Origin: Planctomycetota bacterium | GTDB lineage: Bacteria > Planctomycetota > J058 > JAJDCP01 | Length of the DNA stretch: 64,000 nt | Direction: 5' to 3' | Assembly (NCBI GenBank): GCA_029260765.1 | Contig: JAJDCP010000125.1 | Span: forward strand, 1,863 to 65,862 | Part shown: positions 1-9,500 of the stretch, piece by piece | Layout: the number at the start of each line of letters is the position of its first letter | Numbering within the stretch: the first letter of the stretch is position 1 | Translations under genes and position numbers: made by a program | Notes under the pieces: model-generated | The model's database searches: none | What the model saw: the letters and a program-made list of their open reading frames with translations, nothing else | What the model was told of the DNA's origin: nothing

Positions 1-1
1 C

Positions 2-1324
2 CACTTTCTAGGGAACCGGGAAGCGGCCTTGAGCGACTTCGAACGCGCGCTCGCCATCGAGCCGGGGAATCCCGAGATCGAGGTCTTGCGCCTCGAGCTG
101 TTGCTGACCCTGCGTCCGGAGGCCGTCGAAGCCGAGATCGAGGCGGGCCTGGCGCGGACGCAGCACAAGGCGCCCTACTTCCGCCTGCTCGGACGCCTCT
201 ACTCTGCAAGAGGGGATCCAGATGCGGCGCTGCAGGCCTACGATCAGGCAGTGGCGCACGACCCTGGCCAGGCGGAGGCCTACATCTTCCGCGCCGCGCT
301 GCACTTCACGATGCGTCGCTTCGAAGCCGCCCTGGCCGACTACAGCGAAGCGATCCACTTGCTTCCGCTCAGCGCGCCGCTCTTGGCCAGTCGTGGCCAG
401 GTGCTCGGAGACCTGGGTCGTGACGACGAAGCGCTGACGGCCTTTGATGCCGCCCTGGAGATCGATCCGTCCTCTGCGCGCGCCCGGCTGCAACGGGCCA
501 TTCTACTGATCAGACGCGGGGAGCTGGAGCAGGCTTGGGAAGACCTGCAACGCGGCGCCGAGCTGGAACCAGACGCGCCGCACACGTGGACGGCCTTCGC
601 GCACTACCATGCCGCGCGCGGGGACGCGGAGCAGGCCCTCAAGCTCGTGACCCGCGCGCTGGACCTCGACGCGCAGTACCTGGCCGCGCGCAGCGTGCGG
701 GCGAGCGTGCTGGTGTCGCTCTCCCGGCCCGAGGAGGCTCTCGCTGACTTCGACTACTTGGTGCAGCGCCAGCCCTGGGACGGCGAGACCCACCAGGCCC
801 GGGGCCTGGTGCTGTGGCAATTGGAGCGGCCTGAAGAGGCCCTGGCGAGCTGGACCGCTTCCATAGAGCTCCAGCCCGAAGTACTCAAGACCTACTACCA
901 GCGCGGCACCGCGCTGCTCAATCTCACCCGCTACGAAGCGGCCATCGAGGACTTGAGCAGGGTCATCGAGCTCGACCCGGACTTCTCGGGCGGCTACTAC
1001 CTGCGGGCGCTGTGCCACTACCAGAGAGGCGACTACCCTGCCTGTCTCGAGGACCTGCCGCGTGCCGTGGCACGTGAACCCGGCAATCTCGAGCTTTTGG
1101 TTTCGGGGCTGGCCCTGTGCCAGGCCATGGGCGACGTCTACGCTGCGCGCGACGGCACGGAGGCAGCCGCCCGGGCAAGCCTCTGTACCGATCGAGCGTT
1201 CGAGCTGCTCGCGTCGGCGGTGGCCTCAGGGTTGGACCTGCGCACGCTGGAGGTCCCCTACCCGCGCATCACCGGGGATCCACGTTGGCAGACGCTGCTG
1301 GAGGGTGCGACCGGCGACCCTTGA
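2..1324 (+). CDS. TPR repeat protein, 5'-truncated by the window edge
   Basis: Frame is open from base 2 (HFLGNREAALSDFERAL). About 10 TPR units of the type 'A..RG.....LG..EEAL..FD.ALE.DP'. Confidence 0.85.
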   Translation, partial: HFLGNREAALSDFERALAIEPGNPEIEVLRLELLLTLRPEAVEAEIEAGLARTQHKAPYFRLLGRLYSARGDPDAALQAYDQAVAHDPGQAEAYIFRAALHFTMRRFEAALADYSEAIHLLPLSAPLLASRGQVLGDLGRDDEALTAFDAALEIDPSSARARLQRAILLIRRGELEQAWEDLQRGAELEPDAPHTWTAFAHYHAARGDAEQALKLVTRALDLDAQYLAARSVRASVLVSLSRPEEALADFDYLVQRQPWDGETHQARGLVLWQLERPEEALASWTASIELQPEVLKTYYQRGTALLNLTRYEAAIEDLSRVIELDPDFSGGYYLRALCHYQRGDYPACLEDLPRAVAREPGNLELLVSGLALCQAMGDVYAARDGTEAAARASLCTDRAFELLASAVASGLDLRTLEVPYPRITGDPRWQTLLEGATGDP

Positions 1325-1383
1325 GCCGACTTCCGGAGCCTTCGGTCAGGTTTGGTCGATGCCATCGAACTGCTGAGAAGCGC

Positions 1384-1495
1384 CTGTAGCGTCGGTCTAT
1401 GACCGACGAGATGATCGATCAGATTGGTGAACCCAGAGCCTCTGGATACAAGCTCTGCCCGAGCTGCTTCCGGCGCTCACAGAGCGCCGCTACAG
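1384..1495. repeat. Inverted pair of GTAG-family REP palindromes (REPIN-like)
   Basis: TGTAGCGTCGGTCTATGACCGACG at 1385-1408 and the inverted copy CGGCGCTCACAGAGCGCCGCTACA at 1471-1494. Each is GTAG plus a short hairpin, lying between convergent genes. Confidence 0.75.
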
Positions 1496-1625
1496 AAGAC
1501 GGCTTGGACGCGTGCGTGCTTTAGAATGCTGGAGAAGGTCGCAACGGATAGTGGCCGCCAGTACCCAGCCAGGCCGGTTGTCTGGGGCCCATGTCAGGAG
1601 CTCCGCGCTCGGAGTCCCCCTGGCT

Positions 1626-2429
1626 CTACTCCAGAACGATCTCCGCCGGCAAGTCGAAGAACTCGCCCGCTTCGACCACGATCTCCACAGGCTCCATCTC
1701 CAGAGGCTCAGAGAACACGTAGCCGGTGACCTTGCCGTCGGAGCTCTCGAGCGTGTCCACGATCTCCCAGCCTTCGTGCCAGACCACCAGCTCATACACG
1801 CCGTCAGGAACTCCGCTCAGGGAGAAGTTGCCATCCGCATCGGTCGTGGTGTAGTACGGATGCTCGATGACCCAGACCCAGGCTGTCATCCAGGTGTGGC
1901 CCGCGTCGCAACGCAGCTCGATCCTGCCAGGCTTCTTGAGCTTCTGCTTGCTCGCGGCTGGCAGCGGCATGGCCAGATTGAAGGCCGTGTCGTTGCCCAG
2001 GTAGCCGTGCACGTTGTGGAGGATGTCGTCGCTGTTGCGGATGACCAGCTTCTTGCCGACCTGCACGAACGTTACGTGTGGGTCATAAGCACAGCCCAGC
2101 TGGTTGATCTCCGCGCCCTTCTCGAAGGCCTTGCCCGGGGTGTCCAGCGCATAGCGCGCCAGGTAGACCACGCAGTTCTTCACCCCGTTGTTCTCGGGGT
2201 TGACGGTCAGCCTGCCGGAGTCTTTGTCGCAGGCGGTCTCGCCTTCTCCGCAACAGACGTCGGTGTTCTTGCTCGCCCCGAGCAGCAGTGGATCGGGAGC
2301 ATCACCGGGCCACACGACACGGCCTGTGACCGTGGTTCCTTCGAAGTCTTCGCTGCCTTCATATTTCTGGCCCAGGCACACGCTCGCGCAGCCGATCATG
2401 CAGGCCAATACCAGAATCAAGGTCTTCAT
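1626..2429 (-). CDS. Secreted cupredoxin-like / carboxypeptidase-regulatory-like domain protein, last gene of the nxr operon
   Basis: Signal peptide MKTLILVLAC after a GGAG RBS. Motifs 'QLGCAYDPHV', 'NSDDILHNVH', 'CDAGHTWM' (His/Cys/His/Met possible Cu ligands) and 'TDADGNFSLSGVPDGVYELVVWHE'. Confidence 0.75.
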   Translation of the reverse strand: MKTLILVLACMIGCASVCLGQKYEGSEDFEGTTVTGRVVWPGDAPDPLLLGASKNTDVCCGEGETACDKDSGRLTVNPENNGVKNCVVYLARYALDTPGKAFEKGAEINQLGCAYDPHVTFVQVGKKLVIRNSDDILHNVHGYLGNDTAFNLAMPLPAASKQKLKKPGRIELRCDAGHTWMTAWVWVIEHPYYTTTDADGNFSLSGVPDGVYELVVWHEGWEIVDTLESSDGKVTGYVFSEPLEMEPVEIVVEAGEFFDLPAEIVLE

Positions 2430-2481
2430 CAAGCTCTCCGTTTTGGTTAAGCACTTTGTACTGACGGGCTTCCCCGATTCG

Positions 2482-4005
2482 CTATTCGAGCTCAAGCTCA
2501 AGCCACTGAGAAACGCACTTCTGCCCGTTCCTGTCTCCAGCCGCGCCATCCCAGACGGCGACTGCCACAGGCAGGGAAACACCCTTGCGCAGCCGCAGGG
2601 TCTCTGGGCTGGCTGGAGCCTGCACGACCACAGTCCAGTACCCGTCCGCCCAGGCTCCCTGACCGCGGATGGTCTGGCTCTCGGCGGGCAGGCTGGTCAG
2701 GGTGCCGAAGCCTTCGGCGATCAAGGCTTCTACCGAGCTGCTACGGGGGCGTTGGGACATAGGATTGCCTGCTTCGGCCCCGGCGCGGTAGAGCTTGTCC
2801 GTGCCGCTCTGGTCGCGGATGCTCTGGTCGTAGCCGAGCGCGTGCTCGCGCTGCGAATCCAGGTAGAAGCCGCCGTCCAGGTCGGCCTGCCAGTCCGCCT
2901 TCCAGTGCCAGATGCTGACGGTCTCCTGCTTGTCCCCCATCCCGATAAAGGGCAGGCCCACATAGTCTTCAGGCGTTCCTGTAGAGACGAATTGCAGGGC
3001 CACGGCATCCCGGAAGTCCTCAGGGCGCACGACCGTTTCATCGACGGCTTCATCGGCCCAGCGGAAGCGGAAGCTGGTCGTCTTCGGGCCGGCCACGACC
3101 TGCACCTCAGCGGAGAGGACCCAGACATCCCGTGCCCAGAGCGGACGCAATGGGACGACGACCGAGGGCGCGGTCTGCCAGACCGGGTCGTCGACTGCCA
3201 GTGCGGGGTCACTGGCGGACGCGACTGCCCGCAACCGGGGTGTCCCCTCGAAGACCGGCACGCCATCGGCGCTGGAAAGAGACTGGATGTAGTGCACCAG
3301 CCCCCAGCCGGCGTCCTCCATATCCAACAGCAGGGCATAGGACGGCATCGGCGTGCCGTCGAGCCCGGTAACCATGGTGCGGAAGATGGCGCTTGCGGAG
3401 GCGCCGCCCTTCATCAACCCCGGCCCTCGCGTGAAGTCGTAGGCGCGGATGGGCCGGCCACTGTCGTCGGTCAGGGTCCCCGAGGAGGGGCCGTCCCCTT
3501 TGCCGCTCGGCCCATGGCACTCATAGCACTGCATCCGGGTGAAGAGTTTCTGGCCGGCCAGGATGCTCTCGTCGGTCGCGGGTGGTGGCGTCCCGATTTC
3601 GTACGGCGGCTCGAGATCTTCCTCTTCGAACACGTCGGAGAACTGCTTGATGTAGGCGACGAGCGCCGTCAGATCGGCATCGGGCAGGCGGTCCCAGGCG
3701 GGCATCGAGGTTCCGCCCACACCCCGCTTGAGAGTCAGGAGCAGGTCGGCATCGGTGGGAGGCTCACCGGTCGGGGTGCTACGAAACTTGTAGACTCCCG
3801 TGGTGAAGTCCCTGGGCTTGGGAAACAGGTAGGCCGCCGCCAGGCCCGCTCCATCGCCGAGATCCCCATGACAGGAGGCACAGTGCCGCCGGAAGAGCAG
3901 CTCGCCGCGGTCTCCTTCCGCCAATACGGGCTCGGTCCGCAACAGCGGCAGCAACAGCAACAGACTCGCGGCCACGAGTGGGGCCCACAGATAGCGCTTG
4001 TTCAT
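2482..4005 (-). CDS. Diheme cytochrome c fused to an ethylbenzene-dehydrogenase-gamma (heme b) domain; NxrC-like subunit
   Basis: Signal peptide, two CxxCH motifs (CASCH, CYECH), and a C-terminal EbdC-like domain 'FRDAVALQF...IGMGD...IWHWKADWQ...AVWDGAAGDRNGQK' with Met/Lys heme-b ligand positions. Confidence 0.85.
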   Translation of the reverse strand: MNKRYLWAPLVAASLLLLLPLLRTEPVLAEGDRGELLFRRHCASCHGDLGDGAGLAAAYLFPKPRDFTTGVYKFRSTPTGEPPTDADLLLTLKRGVGGTSMPAWDRLPDADLTALVAYIKQFSDVFEEEDLEPPYEIGTPPPATDESILAGQKLFTRMQCYECHGPSGKGDGPSSGTLTDDSGRPIRAYDFTRGPGLMKGGASASAIFRTMVTGLDGTPMPSYALLLDMEDAGWGLVHYIQSLSSADGVPVFEGTPRLRAVASASDPALAVDDPVWQTAPSVVVPLRPLWARDVWVLSAEVQVVAGPKTTSFRFRWADEAVDETVVRPEDFRDAVALQFVSTGTPEDYVGLPFIGMGDKQETVSIWHWKADWQADLDGGFYLDSQREHALGYDQSIRDQSGTDKLYRAGAEAGNPMSQRPRSSSVEALIAEGFGTLTSLPAESQTIRGQGAWADGYWTVVVQAPASPETLRLRKGVSLPVAVAVWDGAAGDRNGQKCVSQWLELELE

Positions 4006-4892
4006 TTTCCCTCTCCCGCTGCCATGACTTCGGGGGCGGTACGCATTCCCTTCATCGGGCAGCCTTCACAGTCTGCGGCGGACAGGTCTTGCTCAGGTTG
4101 CGGGGCGGGCATTTCCATGGCCGGATCGATGCCGAACACCGTCCGCTCCGAGGGAATGAAAGCCGCCAGCAGCGAGCCGATAGCGCCCTGATAGCTCTTC
4201 GGAGCCGTGCGCAGCTCGCTCTCATCTTCGAGTCCATCGGCCTTCCGGCGCAATTGCAACGCAAAAGCCGCGATCCACCACGCCAGATGGTCCGCGAAGA
4301 ACCGGGCCTGCGCTTCTTCGCACTGGCGCCGATGTTCCTCATCCCCGTTCAAGGCCGCGTAGATGCCCTTGGCGATCAACCAGGCCATGAACTCGAGCTC
4401 AAGCACCAGATGGTCGTGGCGCTCCGGCCTGTCCCGCGAGGGTGCCAGCCCGAAAGCCTTGTAGAAGCCAGCGATGTCCGCCAGGTGCTGAGAGCGCGAG
4501 ACCGAGAAGCTCAGCGAGCAGTACTCTGTCTCGTAGGGAGGACATTCCTTGGACATCACCAGACCGAAGGTCAGGTCGTACTCACTGCGCATGGCCACGC
4601 GGCCGGCCTGCGCGAATCGGAGCAGAGGCTCGGCGACCAGCCATGTCTCCGGAGGGAGCTCGCCTCGAGAAAGGGCCGCCGGTCGGGCCTCGGGGTCGGT
4701 CCTGATCAGCTCCATCGCTGCCTTCACCAGCAGCTGGAAATCGGCTTCCAGCAACCGGGACCAGCGCTCGGTACCGGGATCGGCGGCGGCGATGGCCAGA
4801 AATTGGTAGACCAACAGGCGGGCATGGTCGAGGGCCAGCCCAGGATCAGAGGCCTTGGGCGATTCCATCACCAACGTTTCCAGTTCGGACAT
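4002..4892 (-). CDS. TorD/DmsD-family molybdoenzyme maturation chaperone (NxrD-like)
   Basis: 'CPPYETEY', 'LADIAGFYKAFGL', 'ERHDHLVLELEFM', 'FFADHLAWW'; located inside the operon. Confidence 0.9.
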   Translation of the reverse strand: MSELETLVMESPKASDPGLALDHARLLVYQFLAIAAADPGTERWSRLLEADFQLLVKAAMELIRTDPEARPAALSRGELPPETWLVAEPLLRFAQAGRVAMRSEYDLTFGLVMSKECPPYETEYCSLSFSVSRSQHLADIAGFYKAFGLAPSRDRPERHDHLVLELEFMAWLIAKGIYAALNGDEEHRRQCEEAQARFFADHLAWWIAAFALQLRRKADGLEDESELRTAPKSYQGAIGSLLAAFIPSERTVFGIDPAMEMPAPQPEQDLSAADCEGCPMKGMRTAPEVMAAGEGK

Positions 4893-4916
4893 GGGCGGGG
4901 CTCCTTGCAGCCTTGG

Positions 4917-6203
4917 CTAGATGGAATTGACGTGCTTGCCGGGGCGCTCAAAGGTCGGTTCTTCGATGGTCACCCGCACGACCTCATGGCCGAATTTGTT
5001 GAAGCCCAGGACCGTGTCATTGAAGAGCTCCTGGGTCTTCTTCTCGCCCGAAGGCAGCGTGGCCTCGACTTCACCGATCTTGGGACCCTTGAGGATCTTG
5101 TAGGTAAAGAGGATCTCTTGTGAGGCGCGGAACAACTGCAGCACCGCCAGCAGCTCCCGATCGGGACAGCAATACTGCTCGAGGGCCTTCTCGACACCGG
5201 GGCCGAACATCTGGTGGAGGTAGCTGCGCGGAGCCCAACGGGGCGGAATGTAATAGCCGTTGGGCTCGGTGCCGAACTGCGGATACAGCGGCAGCGCGAT
5301 CTCGCGTTCGCGGATCAAGAAGTAGAGGGGACTGTCCGAAGCCTTCGTCCAGGTACCATCCTCTTCCTTCTCGACCAGGCCCTGGAGGCGGATCTTGCCC
5401 ACGCAGGCGGACATGCAGCGCGTCTCCAGAGGTTCCCCATTGGGGCTGAGGGCGCTGTCTTTGCCTTCGACCCGCGGATAGCAGCCGATGCACTTCTCCG
5501 ATGCCCGGGTGGCCGAGTTGTACATCGGCTTCTTGTATGGGCAGGCCTCGACGCACTTGCGGTAGCCGCGGCAACGCTCCTGGTCGATGAGCACGATCCC
5601 GTCCTCGGGTCGCTTGTAGATGGCGTTGCGCGGGCAGGCCGCCAAGCAGGCCGGATAGGTGCAGTGGTTGCAGATGCGCTGCAGGTAGAAGAACCAGACG
5701 CGGTGCTCGGGCAGCTGCACCGAGTCCTTCCAATTCTGGCGCTGCCTGATCTTGCCTGAGGCGGTCTCTTCGTGGATGTTGGGGGCCGTCCACTCCTGCT
5801 CCGAAGGGATATACCCCACGGCCCGTTGCGACCCCTCGGGGGCGAGGTGCGTGTCGGCGGCCTCGAAGATGGTCTTGCCCTTGAACTCGCCGTAAGGTTT
5901 CTCCGGCCCCTTTTGGCCGGTCTTCCAGACCTGGCCCCCGGAGTTGCGCTTCTCGAGCATGCCGAGCAGCTTGGAGTCCCAGTTGTGGGGATAGCCCCCG
6001 TAGGGTTTGGTCTCGACATTGTTCCACCACATCGTCTCTTGGCCCCTGGAGAAGGTCCAGGTGGACTTGCAAGCCATGGTGCAGGTCTGGCAGGCGATGC
6101 AGCGGTTGATGTTGAAGACGAAGGCGAATTGCCAGCGTGGGTGGGCCTCCTCGTGGGGATACGCCATCTTTCTGCCCAGCTGCCAGTTGTAGACCTCAGA
6201 CAT
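4917..6203 (-). CDS. nxrB: Nitrite oxidoreductase / nitrate reductase beta (Fe-S) subunit, Nitrospira/anammox type
   Basis: Start MSEVYNWQLGRKM. Cys groups CIACQTCTMAC, CNHCTYPACLAACP, CRGYRKCVEACP and CIGCYPR...CMSACVGKIR. 'ALPLYPQFGTEPNGYYIPPR' matches Nitrospira NxrB as I recall it. Confidence 0.93.
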   Translation of the reverse strand: MSEVYNWQLGRKMAYPHEEAHPRWQFAFVFNINRCIACQTCTMACKSTWTFSRGQETMWWNNVETKPYGGYPHNWDSKLLGMLEKRNSGGQVWKTGQKGPEKPYGEFKGKTIFEAADTHLAPEGSQRAVGYIPSEQEWTAPNIHEETASGKIRQRQNWKDSVQLPEHRVWFFYLQRICNHCTYPACLAACPRNAIYKRPEDGIVLIDQERCRGYRKCVEACPYKKPMYNSATRASEKCIGCYPRVEGKDSALSPNGEPLETRCMSACVGKIRLQGLVEKEEDGTWTKASDSPLYFLIREREIALPLYPQFGTEPNGYYIPPRWAPRSYLHQMFGPGVEKALEQYCCPDRELLAVLQLFRASQEILFTYKILKGPKIGEVEATLPSGEKKTQELFNDTVLGFNKFGHEVVRVTIEEPTFERPGKHVNSI

Positions 6204-6579
6204 CGTGGTGACTCCTGTGTGGACCTGGGGCAAGCTTGGAACAGGGCGGGATCTGTGGTGCCGCGGCCTGCATCGTGAACCGCAGGACCCCGCACTTCTG
6301 CAGCACGGTCTCAATGCGCTGGCTGACCACCTCTTCGCCGAAACGTTGCGTCAGGCTGTAGGTCGCCAGGAAGCCGGCGTTTTTGAACAGCCCGCGGATC
6401 TTGGCGGCGCTGAACCCCATGCGGGCGTACTCTTCGATCAATGAGTCGAGCATCAAGAAGGGGTCGCCCGAGATCCAGGTGGCGTGGAGCACCATGGGAT
6501 CGTCGGCTTCGGCGGTCTTCTTGAGGGCCTCGCTCGGCTGCCCGCCGGGGTTGTGTTCTGGCTCGGGATGAGGATGCAT
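6196..6579 (-). CDS. Small uncharacterised protein between nxrA and nxrB
   Basis: 127 aa, starts 3 bp after the nxrA stop and overlaps the nxrB start. Core 'DDPMVL...GDPFLMLDSLIEEYARMGFSAAKIRGLF'. Confidence 0.7.
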   Translation of the reverse strand: MHPHPEPEHNPGGQPSEALKKTAEADDPMVLHATWISGDPFLMLDSLIEEYARMGFSAAKIRGLFKNAGFLATYSLTQRFGEEVVSQRIETVLQKCGVLRFTMQAAAPQIPPCSKLAPGPHRSHHDV

Positions 6580-6582
6580 GCC

Positions 6583-9500
6583 TTAGTCCACCTCTACGTA
6601 AGTGCCCGCGATGTACTTGAGCATCGCCTCCGATTCCTTCCCCGGAGACGTTCCCGTGGTCGCGGGGGTCCAGACGCCGTCGCCGTCGAGGCCGCCATCT
6701 TCGGCCTTGCTGATCCGAACCAGCGTCTCCTTGGGGACCGTGTTGACCCCGTGGTTGTCGACTGCGAAGCCGAACACGAACTTCATGCCGCCGGTGTCCT
6801 TGTGGAACAGGCTGTCGGTCTGGTGCATCGGCATCATCCAGCTGCGGGTGATGCTCTGGTGCGATCCGTATCGGTAGCTGGACTGGTAGCCTGTGTCTGA
6901 TGACAGGGCGAGGCCGTCAGCGCGCTCTTCGTGGGCACGGACCGTGCGCTCAGTGGCGATCCAGCCCGTGTGCTTCATGATCGTCATGCCGTAGGGTAGC
7001 GAGGGGTTGAACTTCACCCGCACACGGCAGCGGAAGGCCTTCGCCCGAGTATAGTCCTGCTCCCAGCCGACGAAGGGGCGGTCGAGGGGATTGGCGTCGA
7101 CGTGTACGTAGTCTCCTTCGTGGAAGCCCAGGTCCTTGCCGGCCTGGGGGTTCATCTGGATCTGTCGGTCGCTGACGCCGGGCGAGCGCTTGTCGCGTCG
7201 GCGCACGTCGCTGAAGCTGGTGCTCCAGACCCAGTTCCAGTCGGTGACCGACCACGAGGAGTGGACACTGTGGCGGCTCTTCGGGGTCGAGCAGAAGAAG
7301 CGGAAGCCTTGTGCCCAGAGTGGGTTCGAGGTCTTCTTGACCTCATCCCAGGGCAGCTTGAGGTTGCGTATCGTGCGCAGGTCAGGATCCATCGCGGTGG
7401 CCGGGATCCCGAAGTCGTCAGGGCGGACGTAGATGCTGCTGGAGACGATCACATTCGGCAGGTAGGGCGTCGCCTCCGGGCCTTCCCGGTGGACCATCAG
7501 GTTTTCACCGTAGGAGATGACCTCGGGCAGGTCGCAATAGGCCGACAGACGCCCGTGGTCGGTGTAGAAGGGGATGCTGTCCTCAATCTGCTCAAAGAAC
7601 GGCACGCGCGGATACGTGCGGAACAGCATCAGCGCCGACCCCGGCTGGCCGCCGTAGTCACCGGCCAGCAGCTTGTCGACCAGGTAGGGGCCGTCGTCAC
7701 CTCGGGTCGTCGTGCAATTGTCGAGCACGCGTTGGATGTAGACTTTGGAGTTCTTCTCGGTGACGAACTTCCAGTAGTCGGCGAAGCGCTGGTCGTCCGT
7801 GAGCTTGGTCAGCGCCCGGCCGACACCCGCGAAGATCTCCGCGTCATCCCGTGAGTCGTGCACCGGCTTGATGCCCGTGCCACCCCACATCTGCAGGAAT
7901 GGATTGGAGCAGGAACCACCGATCTCGAGGTCCTCGAACTCCACCCAGGAGTTGGCGGGCAGCACGACGTCCGCATACTCTGCCGAGCCCGTCCATTCCA
8001 CCTGCTGATCGACGATCATGTCGATCTTGGGGAAGATATTGACGATCAGGTTGTAGATCCACTTGGACTGGTTGATCAGGTTGGCATTGTTGTACCACAT
8101 CATCTTTGTAGGCGTGGGCATGTGGGACTTGCCGGTGAAGCACTTGCGGCCCTTGGGGGTGTCGACGACCAGGGGCTTGTCTCCGTTGCCCCAGAAAGCG
8201 ACATCTTCGCCGTAGGTAAAGTTGTGCAGGTGCTCATGGGTCATGCGGATGTCTGGGTCCAGAATCGGGGCGAAGGGATCCTCGTGGGTGTAACTCCCAA
8301 CACCGGGGCCCGTCCAAGGCGAGGCCTGGAACAGGGCGCCCTTGTAATTCCCCGCCCAGGTAAAGACACCCGCGCCGTGCTTGCCGAAGTTGCCCGTGAG
8401 CATCAGGGGCAAATGACAGGCGCGGTTGTGCAGGGTGGCGTGGAAGTAGTGGTTGGTCCCCTCGCCGTGGTGGAGGGCGACCGGGTGGCCGGCCTTTGTG
8501 GTCTCCCAGATGTCCCGGGCCAGGCGCGCGACCAGCTCCGGCTCGGCGCCGCTGATTTCCTGGACCACGGGCAGGGTGTAGTCGGCGAGGTGGCGCGTGT
8601 ACATCTCGTAGGCCGGCATCACCTCGATCTCCTGGCCGTCGAGCAGCGTGACCGTGTAGGCTCCGGTCAGGGCGGCGTTCAGGTTGGCGTGCACGCCGAC
8701 GTTCTCGCGGCTGACGGCAACGACCTTGCCCGCCTCGGCATCCCAGATGGTGAAGTCGCCGATACGCTCGCGCTGCTCGGCAGTCAAGCCCTGGATCTTG
8801 ACAGACGGCCCGTCGCGGAGGTCGGCGTTCTTGTAGCCGGCGATCACCTCTTCGGGGCGCAGCCGCCGCAGAGTGTCGGTGCGGACCAGCAGCGGGAGGT
8901 CGGTGAAGCTCTTGACAAAGGTCTCGTCGATCCAATGGTTGTCCATCAGAATCTTGGAGACGCCGAGCAGGATGGAGGTGTCCGAGAGGCCGGGCCGGCA
9001 CGCGATCCAGTAGTCGGATTTGGCGGCGGGGGCGCTGTAGTCTGGAGCGATGACGACGATCTTGCCGCCGCGCTCCATGATCTCGGTGAGCCAGTGCGAC
9101 TCGGGCATCTTGTTTTCGATCAGGTTCTTGCCGATCTGGATGGACAGCTTGGTGAAGCGGTGGTCGGCCATGTCGATGTCCGACGTCTGCAGGCCGTGCA
9201 CGAAGGGCTGGCCGGGAGCCTGGTCGCCGCGCCAGGTGTACTCGGTCCACTCACGGGCGCCCTGGGCTTCATCGTGCGAAGCACCGCGGGCATGATGGTC
9301 GATCAACCCTGTCATGTTCGCGAAGCGGAACAGGCCGAACTTGCCGACGAGTCCGTGGATGGGAAGCGACGAGCCGATCTTCATCGTGCGTGTGCCGGCT
9401 CCGTGCCAATGTTCGAACATCAGCGGGTCGTAGCCATCGGCGAGCAGCCGGCGTTTGCCCTCGTCGTCGCTGTAGGTGCGGGCGACGGCCAGCAGTCCGC

